Below, in pieces: positions 1-10,908 of a stretch of DNA of 64,000 nt. The translations under genes and the position numbers were made by a program. The stretch spans positions 174-64,173 of the forward strand of contig DSCM01000102.1 of the NCBI GenBank assembly GCA_011049115.1, written 5' to 3'. The DNA comes from Pseudomonadota bacterium. Its GTDB lineage: Bacteria; Desulfobacterota; Anaeroferrophillalia; Anaeroferrophillales; Tharpellaceae. The notes beneath the pieces were generated by a model. That model was not told the origin of the DNA, made no database searches, and saw nothing but the letters and a program-made list of their open reading frames with translations. How positions within the stretch are numbered: position 1 is the stretch's first letter; every line of letters starts with the position of its first letter.

Positions 1-86
1 AACAACAAAAAAGGTGGCGAGTCAATATTGATGGCCTGCCAATACAGACAACTCACTGACATATTACCCGTTGGCGCCGCCCGATA

Positions 87-1325
87 TCATCCTTCAGGGA
101 TAAAGCAGCTGTCTTTAATCTTAGCTGCGAGATTGTCAGCCAGCAACTCCAGCTTTTTTTTGATTATGTTGTCAGGTGGACCCTGAGCGACAACCTGAGG
201 TGAAACAACCTGAGCTTTCAAATCTTCAAGATACCGGTTGATCTTTGGAGTTATGTCGACCTTCCAGCTGTTTTGGGTGAAAGTTGCCACCGGATAACCG
301 TTTTTCTTTTTGCCTCTAAAGAGCATCAGGTAATACTCAAGACGCGGGTAGATATTTGTATCATAAGTCGGCCCACCAAAAACAATCCCCCCGGCATTGA
401 GCATTTCTCCTAATACCTGGCCTGGCTCGGCTAACGCGGCGTCAAAGTATTTGACTGTAAAACCATTATGCTCCAAACGATGTTTAACGATGGCTCCCAT
501 TTGATGCGTATTACCCCACATTGAACCGACAACCATTACGACCTTATCCTGCTTGTCATTGCGAGCCCACTCCTGATAACGACTGATAATCGACATCGGA
601 TTGCTGCGATATACCGGCCCGTGCGATGGGCAAAGGATATTTATACCCATACCGCCCTTAACCCACTTATCGATGGCTTTGATCACGTGCCCCAAATAAG
701 AGGCGACAATAGTTCCCAGATAGCGTTTTGCTTCAGGCCAGTAGCTTGCGAGATCAATTTCGTCGTCAAACAGACCTCTGTCGAGAGCTCCAAAACCACC
801 GAAAGCATCACAGGGGAAAAGCACTTTATCCTCTACCAAATAGCTAAACATGGTATCTGGCCAGTGCAGCCAAGGATAACCGAGAAAACGCAAGGTTCGT
901 CCTCCGAGATCAAGACTGTCGCCGTCACCGACCGCTCTCACCCGCTTCCCCTCTCCGTAAAATTGTTCAAGAAAAACTTTACCTTTTCCAGAAGCGATGA
1001 TTTCGGCTTGCGGACAGGCTTTGTAAATGATTGGGATAATACCGGAATGATCCGGTTCAAGATGATTATGGACGATGTAGTCAATTTCGGTCAGAGGCAT
1101 TATCTGCTCAATTTTTTTTATAAATGTTTCCGCGAAACCGTTGCGTGAAAGCTCAATCAAAGCCGTTTTGTTTTTGCCTTGGACCAGGTAAGCATTGTAG
1201 CTTATTCCGTGCGGCAGGGCCCACAGGCCTTCGAAAAGAGGATTGAAATGATCATTGACACCGACCCACCAGACTCCGTCGATGATCTTGACTGCTTTAT
1301 CGGAATTACTTTCAGCCGTAGCCAT
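87..1325 (-). CDS. Flavodiiron protein (FprA / rubredoxin-oxygen oxidoreductase type; metallo-beta-lactamase-like diiron domain plus flavodoxin domain)
   Basis: Translation has the HNHLEPDHSG diiron motif and a C-terminal flavodoxin-like domain. The ORF track starts at 1430, but that hydrophobic N-terminal extension is implausible. I take MATAES at 1325, which is preceded by GGAGGAAAC. Confidence 0.8.
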   Translation of the reverse strand: MATAESNSDKAVKIIDGVWWVGVNDHFNPLFEGLWALPHGISYNAYLVQGKNKTALIELSRNGFAETFIKKIEQIMPLTEIDYIVHNHLEPDHSGIIPIIYKACPQAEIIASGKGKVFLEQFYGEGKRVRAVGDGDSLDLGGRTLRFLGYPWLHWPDTMFSYLVEDKVLFPCDAFGGFGALDRGLFDDEIDLASYWPEAKRYLGTIVASYLGHVIKAIDKWVKGGMGINILCPSHGPVYRSNPMSIISRYQEWARNDKQDKVVMVVGSMWGNTHQMGAIVKHRLEHNGFTVKYFDAALAEPGQVLGEMLNAGGIVFGGPTYDTNIYPRLEYYLMLFRGKKKNGYPVATFTQNSWKVDITPKINRYLEDLKAQVVSPQVVAQGPPDNIIKKKLELLADNLAAKIKDSCFIPEG

Positions 1326-1491
1326 TGTTTCCTCCAAGTCCGGCCGGCCCGGACGACAAAAAAGTTGAATGAACAATGATAAGGGGATAAAAATTATCTG
1401 AATAATAAAGTAAATAAAATCGGTTGTCAACCGCGGTACTTGAAAAAATATTTACACCGGAATCTTCGCGGAGCTCATGTCCGACCAAAAA

Positions 1492-2361
1492 TTACGCTGA
1501 AACCCCTACCTCTTTTCCGGCTTCAAGGTCAAGAAACAAAGCTCCCTTACGGACTCTGGTTTGATATTTTACCATGCCCTTATCATCTACTTCACGGGCT
1601 ATCCTTTCATAAACCATTTGCCTTTCATCAGAGCTCAGAGAACGTTGAAATTCGAGATGCCAGATTATATGTTCAACCGTGTTTTCAAGGCTGTCATAAC
1701 GTTTCCAAACCGGGTGCAGATAAGAAATCTCGGGAGAATGACCAAGGGCATAGAGATAGTTGAAAATAACGGTCACATCCATAGCATCCCACCGGTAGGT
1801 TTCATCGTAAACCATTTTGTAGCAGGTTTGAAAAAGAGGATTGTCTCTGATCCCGGCCCAATAAACAAGGACGACAAAGCGGCGGCTCATGGCCAGAAGA
1901 CGATCAATATTTTCTAATTCATTTAAAATCGGACTCATTGAGACAAAAACCGTATCATACTGACAAGCGGGATTAAACCCATAAAAATCATGACATATAA
2001 CCGTTAAGTTCTCCGTCTTTTCCGCTTCTTTTCTAGCTATGACCCGTGCGATCATTCTTTCTGAAACATCCACGGCAGTGACTTGACGGCAAATTGCGGC
2101 AAAGTCAAAGCAATGAGTTCCCGGACCGCAGGCTATATCAATCAGTTCTGTTTGCGGGCTTAACATTCGATGGGCCAACATTTTTTCTTTGATCCACAGC
2201 TGCTCGGCCAGGAAAGCCGCATCATTCTCAAAACTATGGTAATGCCCCGCAATTTGATCCCATTTTCCCCCGGTGGCTACCTTGCTGCGCTTCAGGGAAC
2301 GTTTACGGGAAAGAACGTAGTCACGCCAGAATTGCGGGGTCAGCAAAAGTTCCTCACTCAC
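1492..2361 (-). CDS. Class I SAM-dependent methyltransferase
   Basis: IDIACGPGTH glycine-rich SAM-binding motif. Same direction as the flavodiiron gene and upstream of it. Confidence 0.75.
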   Translation of the reverse strand: MSEELLLTPQFWRDYVLSRKRSLKRSKVATGGKWDQIAGHYHSFENDAAFLAEQLWIKEKMLAHRMLSPQTELIDIACGPGTHCFDFAAICRQVTAVDVSERMIARVIARKEAEKTENLTVICHDFYGFNPACQYDTVFVSMSPILNELENIDRLLAMSRRFVVLVYWAGIRDNPLFQTCYKMVYDETYRWDAMDVTVIFNYLYALGHSPEISYLHPVWKRYDSLENTVEHIIWHLEFQRSLSSDERQMVYERIAREVDDKGMVKYQTRVRKGALFLDLEAGKEVGVSA

Positions 2362-2589
2362 AAGCTTATTTCCTCCTGATGATATAATTTACGATCCATG
2401 CAGGTAAAAAGAGCATTCGCTCTCCCCTCTCCTTACTTCGGAAAATCAAATCCGCCAGAGATATCAGATTGACAATTTCCTTGAATGGTACGGTCAACTA
2501 TGATAGTTACACCTGCCAATTACAGAACACGGATATGCGCGCCGCAGGTTTGTGCCGGAGATATAAGCTTTTACAGGAGCATTGACAAG

Positions 2590-3624
2590 ATGAAAAATGA
2601 TTATCGATTTTTACGAGCCTGCCGACGTCAGGATGTTGACTGCACCCCGGTCTGGATGATGCGTCAGGCTGGGCGTTACCTGCCGGAATATCGTGCTTTA
2701 CGTGAAAAACACTCTTTTTGGGAAATGTGCAAAACCCCGGAGCTTGCGGTCGAAGTTACCCTGCAACCGCTGCGCCGCATGGAGCTGGACGCTGCCATCC
2801 TGTTTTCCGATATTCTGGTTCCTCTTGAACCCATGGGCTCAGCCATTGAATTTCACGAAGGTCGAGGACCGGTGGTGGAACGACCGATTCGTTCGGCTGC
2901 AGACCTGAAAACCCTAAAAGTCGTTGCGGCGGAAGAAACAGTTCCATTCGTGATGGAGGCTATCCGAATCCTGCGGCGTGAACTTGACGGCAAGGTGCCT
3001 CTGATCGGCTTTTCCGGGGCCCCCTTTACCTTAGCCAGCTATCTGGTTGAGGGCGGTGGCTCAAAACAGTATCAGCACATCAAAACCATGATGTATGTAA
3101 ACCCTCAAGTTTACCATCGACTGATGGAAATGATTACGCAAACCGTGATTTCCTATCTTAAGGCCCAGATTCTAGCTGGGGCTCAGGCCGTGCAGCTTTT
3201 CGACAGTTGGGTCGGTTGTCTTGGATCTTTTGACTATCAAGAATACGTCTTCCCCTACAACCAAAAAATTTTTCAGGCGCTTGCGGAATTTGATATCCCC
3301 AAAATCCACTTTGCCAACCAAGCCTCGACCCTTCTTAAACAGGTGGTTGCCGCCGGCGGAGATGTCATTGGTCTGGACTGGCGCCAAGACATTTCTTCGG
3401 CCTGGGAAATCATTGGTCCGGAATGCGGGGTTCAGGGAAATCTCGAACCGCTTGTCCTGTTTGCTCCGATTCCTGAAATTCGCAGACGAGTAAGAATGGT
3501 TCTCGATCAGGCCGCCAATCGCAACGGTCACATTTTCAATCTTGGCCACGGCATCCTGCCAACTACTCCGATTGACCACGCCAAGGCCATGATTGATGCT
3601 GTACATGAGTTTTCCGTTCGCTAA
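2590..3624 (+). CDS. hemE: Uroporphyrinogen decarboxylase
   Basis: Signature TPVWMMRQAGRYLPEYR near the N-terminus and full-length URO-D fold. Start taken at MKNDYRF (2590, RBS AGGAGC), not at the ORF-track 2485. Confidence 0.9.
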   Translation: MKNDYRFLRACRRQDVDCTPVWMMRQAGRYLPEYRALREKHSFWEMCKTPELAVEVTLQPLRRMELDAAILFSDILVPLEPMGSAIEFHEGRGPVVERPIRSAADLKTLKVVAAEETVPFVMEAIRILRRELDGKVPLIGFSGAPFTLASYLVEGGGSKQYQHIKTMMYVNPQVYHRLMEMITQTVISYLKAQILAGAQAVQLFDSWVGCLGSFDYQEYVFPYNQKIFQALAEFDIPKIHFANQASTLLKQVVAAGGDVIGLDWRQDISSAWEIIGPECGVQGNLEPLVLFAPIPEIRRRVRMVLDQAANRNGHIFNLGHGILPTTPIDHAKAMIDAVHEFSVR

Positions 3625-3656
3625 ACTAGATTAAACTCAACTACGACGGTAGGGGC

Positions 3657-5057
3657 ATGAAGTATATCAGTACCCGGGGCGGAATCGCTCCGATCTCCTT
3701 TAATCAGGCGGTAATGATGGGGCTCGCCAGTGATGGCGGGCTACTTTTGCCGAAGGATATTCCAGTCTTTTCTCCGGCTCAAATGGACGCACTCACGACC
3801 CTGTCCTACAACGAGCTGGCTTATACCATCTTTGCTCGTTTCATTGATGATGATATTCCCGCCGCCGACCTGCGTGCCTTGATCGCCAAAAGTTATTCGA
3901 GCTTTGCTGCAACCGAAATTGTCCCTTTAAAAAAAGTGGGGGAATTTTATATTCAGGAGCTTTTTCACGGCCCCACCTTGGCTTTCAAGGATATCGCTCT
4001 ACAGTTTCTCGGCAATCTTTTCGAATATCTGCTTCGTCGTGAAAAAAATCACCTCAATATCCTCGGAGCAACCTCAGGAGATACCGGCAGCGCCGCGATT
4101 CATGGCCTACGGGGTAAGGAAAACATTAATATTTTCATTCTGTACCCATACGGCAAGGTCAGTCCCGTACAGGAAAAGCAGATGACTTCGGTCCTTGACG
4201 ACAATGTTTTCAATCTGGCGATAGAGGGAAATTTTGATGATGGACAAAGGATAGTCAAGGAGCTTTTCGCCGATCTTGAGTTCAAACAACGCTACCATCT
4301 CGGGGCCGTAAATTCAATCAACTGGGCTCGGATCATGGCTCAGATTGTTTATTATTTCAGCGCATGGACGCAGCTTTCAGCCAAAGATCGGAATGATTTC
4401 ACGGTGGTTGTGCCGACCGGCAACTTCGGCAATATTTTTGCGGGCTGGGTTGCAAAGCAAATGGGATTGCCAATTAAGAAATTGATCCTGGCAACCAACG
4501 CCAATGACATTCTTTATCGTTTCATCACCAGCGGAAGCTATCAGGTCGACCAGGTAGTGAGCACGCTGAGCCCGTCAATGGATATTCAGCGGGCCAGTAA
4601 TTTTGAACGCTATCTCTATTTTTTGGTGAATCGAGATCCAGAAGTCCTGAAAAAAATGATGTCTGACTTTACCGGTTTCGGAAAACTTAAGATAAGTGCT
4701 GAGCAGTTTGAGTTTCTGCGTCGGGATTTTGCCGCATCCCGGGTTGATGACGCCATGACTCTGGCGACAATCAAACAGGTCTGGCAGGAAAAGGGTTATA
4801 TTCTTGACCCGCATACAGCGACAGGTGTCTGTGCCGCCCGTCAGTATCTTGAGAGCGGACAGACAAGCTCGGGGATAGTCTGTCTGGCGACCGCCCATCC
4901 CGCTAAATTCCCGGATGCGGTCAAAAACGCGATCGGAAAAATGCCTCCATCGCCTGCAAGCATTGCCTCACTGGACGAACTTCCCTGTCGTTATAACCGT
5001 GTTGCCGCCGAGACCGACGTTGTAAAAAACTACGTCATGGAAAAACTCGGCAGTTGA
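3657..5057 (+). CDS. thrC: Threonine synthase
   Basis: MKYISTRGG N-terminus and the PLP lysine motif FKDIALQF. Length 466 aa, typical of long-form ThrC. Confidence 0.9.
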   Translation: MKYISTRGGIAPISFNQAVMMGLASDGGLLLPKDIPVFSPAQMDALTTLSYNELAYTIFARFIDDDIPAADLRALIAKSYSSFAATEIVPLKKVGEFYIQELFHGPTLAFKDIALQFLGNLFEYLLRREKNHLNILGATSGDTGSAAIHGLRGKENINIFILYPYGKVSPVQEKQMTSVLDDNVFNLAIEGNFDDGQRIVKELFADLEFKQRYHLGAVNSINWARIMAQIVYYFSAWTQLSAKDRNDFTVVVPTGNFGNIFAGWVAKQMGLPIKKLILATNANDILYRFITSGSYQVDQVVSTLSPSMDIQRASNFERYLYFLVNRDPEVLKKMMSDFTGFGKLKISAEQFEFLRRDFAASRVDDAMTLATIKQVWQEKGYILDPHTATGVCAARQYLESGQTSSGIVCLATAHPAKFPDAVKNAIGKMPPSPASIASLDELPCRYNRVAAETDVVKNYVMEKLGS

Positions 5058-5112
5058 TTCCGAGAGACTTTCCGGTGGGGATTCATATTCTTTTGCACGA
5101 TTCCGCACCGCT

Positions 5113-6807
5113 TTACATTTTGCCGGAGCGCAAGATCGCGATCGCCAGCCAGGTTCCCAGCCCCCCTGCCAATACATAACCTATTATGCCCAGAAGCGGA
5201 TAACCAAAAAGTTTAGATCCGTTGTCGGCCGACATGATGAGGGATGAAGCGATAATTATCGCCGAAACCACCATTGTAAACGAGATGCGGTTAGCAATTC
5301 GATCCAGGTTCTTGCTGAACAAAGCAAGTCCCAGATGTTCAAACTCGAAGCGCAGTCTACCGCGGCTTAACTTTTTCAGAATATCCCGAGTCACTCCCGG
5401 CATGATTTCAAACAAGGCCATGGTTTCATGCAGCTGTCGACCCACAATCTTTTCCAGATGTTCATGGGAAAATCTTTTTTCTCCGATTTTTTCAACCAGT
5501 GGGGCTGCATGAGTAAGAAAATCAAACCTTGGATCAAGTGCACGCGCAGTTTCTTCCAAAGTCAGGAGAACCCGCAAAAGCAGCATAAAATCAGGAAGAA
5601 AACGGATCTTATGGAAAGTTATGACGCGAAGAAAATCCTGGAGCAAGTTTTTCAAGTGCAGGTTGGCCAACGAAACTCCGGTGTAACGATCCAGCAAATC
5701 ATAAAGATCGCCCTTCAGTTCGCGCAGGTTGATTTTATCTTCATCAATTACCCCGATTTTGAACATGGCTCGCAGCAGCGCCGAAACATCCTTTCGCAGA
5801 ATTCCAAGCAGCAACTCAAGCAAGGCTTCGCTCAACTCTTCATCAAGGTGGCCCACCAGACCGAAGTCAATCGGGGCAATGATATTGCCAGGCAGAACAA
5901 AAAGATTTCCGGGATGAGGATCGCCATGAAACAGCCCGAATTCAAAAATCTGCCTGAGCATGAAATCAACCCCACTTGAGGCCAGTAGTCTTGGGTCATA
6001 CGCACCATTGGTGGTCGTCTTTATTTGATCGATTTTAATTCCGTCTATCCATTCCAGAGTCAGAATCCGTTGGCTGCTCTGGGACCAGAAGACGGCAGGA
6101 ATATGAATGTTTCGATTGTCGGCAAAATTTTTGGCAAAGCGATCAAGGTTGCGCCCTTCAATCTGAAAATCCAATTCCAGGCGAATATTTTTAGAAAATT
6201 CCCGTACCATCTGGGCCGGTTGATAAGTTTCCATCTCGCTTACATGCCGGGTCGCAAGCTCGGCCAGATTGAACATGATATCAATATCGGCGGCAATTTG
6301 CTCGTCAATTCCAGGACGCCGCACCTTGACAGCCACTTCCGTGCCGTTGACAAGGCGGGCGCGGTGAACTTGTGAAATTGAAGCTGCGGCCACCGGTTCA
6401 TGAGAGAATTCGGGAAAAATATTTTCAAGCTTGTCACCCAGGGATGATTCTATCTGAGCTTTGACTGCAGAAAAACTGAAACCTGGAACCCTGTCCTGTA
6501 ATTTACGTAATTCACCCAGAATATCTGCGGGAATCAAGTCAGGACGAGTGGAAAGAAGCTGCCCGAGTTTGATAAAGGTTGGACCCAATTCTTCAAAAGC
6601 CAGTCGCAGGCGCTCGCCTTTGGAGTAACGAATCAGATCGCCATGTTTAATCCCGCGAAGGGTGACCAGACTTTTCCCGAAGGCCAGATAGGAATCAAGA
6701 TTAAGTTGCTCTAGCAGTCCGCCGAAACCGTACTTTATGAAAACCGAGATAATCTGCCGATAGCGTTTGATGTTGCGGTAAGCTCGGTCGATATGAAAGA
6801 TATCCAT
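5113..6807 (-). CDS. ubiB: UbiB/ABC1-family atypical kinase (ubiquinone biosynthesis)
   Basis: ABC1 kinase-like domain (VAVKVRRPG, HGDPHPGN) and two C-terminal transmembrane helices. Start chosen at MDIFHIDRAY (6807, RBS AAAGGA), not at the ORF-track 6852. Confidence 0.85.
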   Translation of the reverse strand: MDIFHIDRAYRNIKRYRQIISVFIKYGFGGLLEQLNLDSYLAFGKSLVTLRGIKHGDLIRYSKGERLRLAFEELGPTFIKLGQLLSTRPDLIPADILGELRKLQDRVPGFSFSAVKAQIESSLGDKLENIFPEFSHEPVAAASISQVHRARLVNGTEVAVKVRRPGIDEQIAADIDIMFNLAELATRHVSEMETYQPAQMVREFSKNIRLELDFQIEGRNLDRFAKNFADNRNIHIPAVFWSQSSQRILTLEWIDGIKIDQIKTTTNGAYDPRLLASSGVDFMLRQIFEFGLFHGDPHPGNLFVLPGNIIAPIDFGLVGHLDEELSEALLELLLGILRKDVSALLRAMFKIGVIDEDKINLRELKGDLYDLLDRYTGVSLANLHLKNLLQDFLRVITFHKIRFLPDFMLLLRVLLTLEETARALDPRFDFLTHAAPLVEKIGEKRFSHEHLEKIVGRQLHETMALFEIMPGVTRDILKKLSRGRLRFEFEHLGLALFSKNLDRIANRISFTMVVSAIIIASSLIMSADNGSKLFGYPLLGIIGYVLAGGLGTWLAIAILRSGKM

Positions 6808-7196
6808 AGTATCAAATCCTTTGGCGGCCCCAAATGATGGCTTCGTAACCATTCCACCGGCTTCGTTTCCCCTTCAGCCTTCCCGGCTAAAGCCGGATGA
6901 GCGTCACTGCGGCGCACTTCCATGTTCACCGCATACCTCAGGTTTCGGGCGCCTCGTATTCGGAGCGGTTATAGTGCCATCCTGTTTTTTGCGCTTTTCA
7001 AAAGTCGTTACGAGTTCATCAATAATAATTCTTAAACGCTTCTGGTGGAGGAAACCTCATAAACTCAGGCACCAGACTTCACAAAAGCCTTTCACTGCGG
7101 CTTTACGGGGTTTGTTTTGTCTTGACGACAGGCAAATAAGTAACTATAATCATTAAGGGTTATTCTTTTTAAATCTTATCGAAAACAGGTCTATTC

Positions 7197-8159
7197 ATGG
7201 AGCGCTTTTATTTGACGGTGGCCCGGGTGGCAAAAAAGACCCTGCACCATATGGTTGAACATCGCATCCCGATGCTGCCCGACATATATTCTCGCCATTT
7301 TTACAAATTTTTGTCCGCAAGTGACCATGACTCCCAGCAACTGATCGAGCAACAGCAACAGAACAGTTTCGACGAACTTATCACTCAGCAGGATCAGGGG
7401 TTCGAGTTGATGACTGAACTGGAACGCCTGATCGGCCGACTTGACCAAATCGCCGGCCAGCACATTGAACAACTCGACAACCATCTCCTGAAGATCAAGG
7501 TCACGGATAAATTTTCTGATCTATCCAAGCTGAAGGATGAGATTACGGCGGAGCTCAATCAAGTCATCACCAGTAACACTAAAATTCACGACCACATTGT
7601 AGACGCGCAGGAGACCGTTAAGCGCCTGCAGGATAAAATGCAGGAAGTCGCCGACATGGCAACCGTCGACGAATTGACCGGACTTTATAACCGCAGGGCT
7701 CTTTTCTGCCGCCTTTCCGAAGAGCTCTCGCGGGCAACCCGCTATGGGCATGGATTCAGCTTGCTGGTGATCGATATTGATGATTTCAAGGCAGTCAACG
7801 ATCAATTCGGTCACCAGACAGGGGATGGAATTCTGCGAGGACTGGGTACTTTCCTACGCCAGAATTTAAGAGATTCAGATTTTCCGGCTCGATGGGGAGG
7901 GGAGGAGTTCACCTGTCTGTTGCCGTCCACCGATTTAGAGCAGGCAGTTCAGGTTGGGAACAAAATCAGAAACCTTCTCTCGCAAAGTACCTTGACCAAC
8001 AAAAAGATAGCTATCTCGCTAAAAATTACGGTCAGCATTGGCGTTTCCTCGTTTTCTGCCGGTGACAACATTGACGGTTTGATTAAGCGTGCCGATGATG
8101 CTCTTTATTTAGCAAAAAGAAGAGGTAAGAACCAGATTATTACCGAGCGTGAAATCTAG
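7197..8159 (+). CDS. GGDEF-domain diguanylate cyclase with N-terminal coiled-coil region
   Basis: ELTGLYNRRALF ... RWGGEEF (GGEEF active site). No transmembrane segment seen. Confidence 0.8.
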   Translation: MERFYLTVARVAKKTLHHMVEHRIPMLPDIYSRHFYKFLSASDHDSQQLIEQQQQNSFDELITQQDQGFELMTELERLIGRLDQIAGQHIEQLDNHLLKIKVTDKFSDLSKLKDEITAELNQVITSNTKIHDHIVDAQETVKRLQDKMQEVADMATVDELTGLYNRRALFCRLSEELSRATRYGHGFSLLVIDIDDFKAVNDQFGHQTGDGILRGLGTFLRQNLRDSDFPARWGGEEFTCLLPSTDLEQAVQVGNKIRNLLSQSTLTNKKIAISLKITVSIGVSSFSAGDNIDGLIKRADDALYLAKRRGKNQIITEREI

Positions 8160-9058
8160 CGCCTATCTTCTTTCAGATAGGCGCTCATGCCTCGCATCGT
8201 ATTGCCCAGAAAATAACGCTCCCGGGCATAAATATCCGGGGCCAACTCATGGATTCGGCGATAATTGGAATCACGTTCCAAGAGCCAGTTAAAAAGTTTT
8301 TCTTCATGATTTTTATCAGGCCGTTGACCTACCCCGATTATCTGACCTACACCTTCGACCCATAAATCAAGTTGCCGACGGCCGATCTGCAGATATTCCA
8401 GCGCCGGTTCAACCAACCCATAATGGGCCATCACCAGATAACGAGGTTTAAGCTCAAGCATGTTATCGATTGAAGTTTGAGCCACATCCAATAAAAATCG
8501 AGGCGGGGTCGCCGGCCGCATGTAAATACCACTCTTGGCCGGGCTCCGGACACCGACGACCTCCCCCGCAAAAAGTACATCATCCAAAAGAAAACAAAGA
8601 TGGTGCTGAGCATGTCCCGGGGTCTTAAAAACTTGAATTCCGGTGTTTCCGACTTCCTCCGCAAAAACAATCTTCTCGGCCGGTACAGGGATAATCTCTC
8701 CATAGACCTCAGCCATACGACCCAAAACTTTCAATGATCCCAGCCAGAGCTGTTCCGGGTCCACCAGATGTTTTACCCCTTCAGGATGACAGATTACCAG
8801 AGCTTCGGGATAGTTTTTCAATAATTCACCGGTACCGCCGGCATGATCAATATGAATATGGGTCAGTAAAATATAATCAATCCTTTTGATATCTTTTCTG
8901 CGCAGCTCAGCCAGTAGAAGCGGGATGGTGGATAAGGGGCCCGGATCGACCAGAAACGTAAACTTTCCCCCCCGGTAAAGCCAGGCGCTCAAGAATTGTT
9001 TGAAACCTTCCAACTGAGGCTGGTCGAGGTCAAGGCAATTGAGATTGTTGAGATTCAT
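8156..9058 (-). CDS. MBL-fold metallo-hydrolase
   Basis: HIHIDHAGG zinc-binding motif. Converges on the GGDEF gene and overlaps its end by 4 nt. Confidence 0.75.
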   Translation of the reverse strand: MNLNNLNCLDLDQPQLEGFKQFLSAWLYRGGKFTFLVDPGPLSTIPLLLAELRRKDIKRIDYILLTHIHIDHAGGTGELLKNYPEALVICHPEGVKHLVDPEQLWLGSLKVLGRMAEVYGEIIPVPAEKIVFAEEVGNTGIQVFKTPGHAQHHLCFLLDDVLFAGEVVGVRSPAKSGIYMRPATPPRFLLDVAQTSIDNMLELKPRYLVMAHYGLVEPALEYLQIGRRQLDLWVEGVGQIIGVGQRPDKNHEEKLFNWLLERDSNYRRIHELAPDIYARERYFLGNTMRGMSAYLKEDRR

Positions 9059-9079
9059 TAAAAAACCTTTTAAGACCTT

Positions 9080-10159
9080 TCATCTAACCAGAACCGCACC
9101 ATAAGGGCATAGTTCCTGGCAGCAGTAACAACGAATACAGCGTTTATAGTCAATAACAATTCTACGATCCATCAGCTTCATGGCCTGAGCCGGGCAATGA
9201 ATGACGCAGACTTGACAAAGATGGCAGCGACTGATGGTAATTTTGGGTTTTGAAATAAAAAACTTACCCCAGAAACGCTGGCCGAAAAAGGTCGCCTGTC
9301 CGGTTCCGCGAGCAGGTTTGATGGCTGGCTCCAGGTATGATTCGGCAGCCGGTCCGACAGTTTCAATCCGCTTTTCGAGTATCCCCAGATTCAAAGCCTC
9401 TTGGCTGATTGGGGGCAAGCCAGGGAAACCAACCCATTTTTCCACCTGATAATCAAGTTCCGGGGCACCGTTGGACAGGGCCAGAAGACCACAGTTCCTG
9501 GGGGTTCCATTAGTTGGCCCCTCCCCTTCCATGCCCACAACCCCATCAAGAAAACTCCAGGTTGGAGGCATTTGCCGGTAGATATCAAGCAGCATACGGG
9601 CAAACAGTCGCCGGTCATGACCGGCGCGTAAATGCCATTGCAGTTTGCGCAGGCCCGGAACCAGGCCAAAAAGATTCTTCACCGCCAAGGTCGTACCCAT
9701 CATCACATGGGTTTTTAATTTAGGCAGATTGATAAGCTTATCGAAATCGCAAGCCCTGTCAGCCAAGGTTATTTCCTTAGCCACCAGACTATTTGTCAGC
9801 GCAACCTTCTTAGGCTCTTCAAAAGAAACGGTGGTGATGGCCAGCGCCCGCATCACCGGTTGCAGACCGCTTTTAAGCAAACATTTTTCGAGCGCACCGA
9901 AGCCTGGACTGTCACCGAGAAAAAGCCGGGCTCCGCAATCCTGCAGCACCATCGCGGTTGCCCGCAAAACTTCCGGATGGGTAGTCACAGCCAGTTCTGG
10001 GGCTTTGCCGATCACCAAGTTCGGTTTCAGAAGAACCCGGTCGCCTCGGCTTACAGTTCCTTCCAAACCTAACGTTGTGAGTCCCTGACGCAGAATATCG
10101 GCAATTATCCTGCTGTCATACTTTGCAGTAGTCGCTAAATACACCCTTCTTGTGTTCAT
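9080..10159 (-). CDS. DUF362-domain protein with C-terminal 2x[4Fe-4S] ferredoxin domain
   Basis: Two CxxCxxCxxxCP motifs at the C-terminus (CHLCQVCVIHCP, CIRCYCCQELCP). The N-terminal DUF362-like region is recognised only from general resemblance. Confidence 0.65.
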   Translation of the reverse strand: MNTRRVYLATTAKYDSRIIADILRQGLTTLGLEGTVSRGDRVLLKPNLVIGKAPELAVTTHPEVLRATAMVLQDCGARLFLGDSPGFGALEKCLLKSGLQPVMRALAITTVSFEEPKKVALTNSLVAKEITLADRACDFDKLINLPKLKTHVMMGTTLAVKNLFGLVPGLRKLQWHLRAGHDRRLFARMLLDIYRQMPPTWSFLDGVVGMEGEGPTNGTPRNCGLLALSNGAPELDYQVEKWVGFPGLPPISQEALNLGILEKRIETVGPAAESYLEPAIKPARGTGQATFFGQRFWGKFFISKPKITISRCHLCQVCVIHCPAQAMKLMDRRIVIDYKRCIRCYCCQELCPYGAVLVR

Positions 10160-10662
10160 TCACGACCAATTCTGGTTGCCAGTTCGGCTACCCGATAACC
10201 CAGTTTTTCGGCGTCATCGGCCGCTCCGGCATCAGGCTCTCCCAGACAGGCAACCCCGTAATGCCCGGAGGCATGCAGGGGATCGCCGACAACAATCATA
10301 CCGTAAATCATCATGCAGTGGATTATCGACATGATAGTGGTTTCCTTACCCCCGGTGTGATGGCCACTGGTGGCAAATGCGGCTCCGACCTTATTCTCCA
10401 TTTTTTTGCGAAGGCCGACAAAATCGTCAAATACTTTTTTCAATTCCGCCGCCATCCCGCCAAAATATACGGGTGAACCGGCGATAATACCGGCAGCGAC
10501 CAGAAAATCATCTTTAACCACTTCATCCGTACTTTTCAGGATCGCAATAGCACCTTGTGCTTCTATTCCGGCAACTATTTTTTCCGCAAGCTTTCGGGTA
10601 TTACCACCTCGCGAATGATATAAAACTAAAATTTTCAACAATTTACACCCCTCAACTAGCAC
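10156..10662 (-). CDS. Flavodoxin-family / NAD(P)H-dependent FMN reductase-like protein
   Basis: LVLYHSRGGNTRKLAE flavodoxin-like phosphate-binding loop. Overlaps the DUF362 start by 4 nt, so the two are co-transcribed. Confidence 0.6.
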   Translation of the reverse strand: MLVEGCKLLKILVLYHSRGGNTRKLAEKIVAGIEAQGAIAILKSTDEVVKDDFLVAAGIIAGSPVYFGGMAAELKKVFDDFVGLRKKMENKVGAAFATSGHHTGGKETTIMSIIHCMMIYGMIVVGDPLHASGHYGVACLGEPDAGAADDAEKLGYRVAELATRIGRE

Positions 10663-10710
10663 TCAAAATTTGTCAGTATCTTCTGGTACCAAATCAGACC
10701 AGAAACAGCC

Positions 10711-10908
10711 TTATTTCAACCCTGCTTTAATCAGGTTCCCTTTGCGACTCAGACCGATTTTGTCTTCCCGGGCCAACCAACCCAGTGCGAGGTTAAGATC
10801 GACTGGCGCCAGAGCAAGATTTTTTTTCAGCTGACCGCTGGTCATTTCTCCATTAATTTCGAGTTCCTTCCAGATTCTGCCGGCGTCCACACCAATTTGA
10901 CTATTCAT
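10711..10908 (-). CDS. Small winged-helix (wHTH) domain protein
   Basis: About 65 aa beginning MNSQIGVDAGRIWKEL, with RBS GGAGGAAAAG. The longer ORF-track N-terminus runs into galE and is rejected. Confidence 0.45.
   Translation of the reverse strand: MNSQIGVDAGRIWKELEINGEMTSGQLKKNLALAPVDLNLALGWLAREDKIGLSRKGNLIKAGLK

Noticed and set aside
1326-1430. N-terminal 35-aa hydrophobic extension of the flavodiiron ORF (ORF-track start 1430)
   Set aside because: No RBS, and a low-complexity Ile/Phe-rich translation of AT-rich promoter DNA. The conserved protein begins at MATAES (1325), which has GGAGG upstream.
2362-2589. Possible sigma-70 promoter (TTGACA ... TATGAT) upstream of hemE
   Set aside because: Spacing between the best -35-like and -10-like hexamers is 24 nt, or else requires weaker hexamers. 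It is not supportable without transcription start site data.
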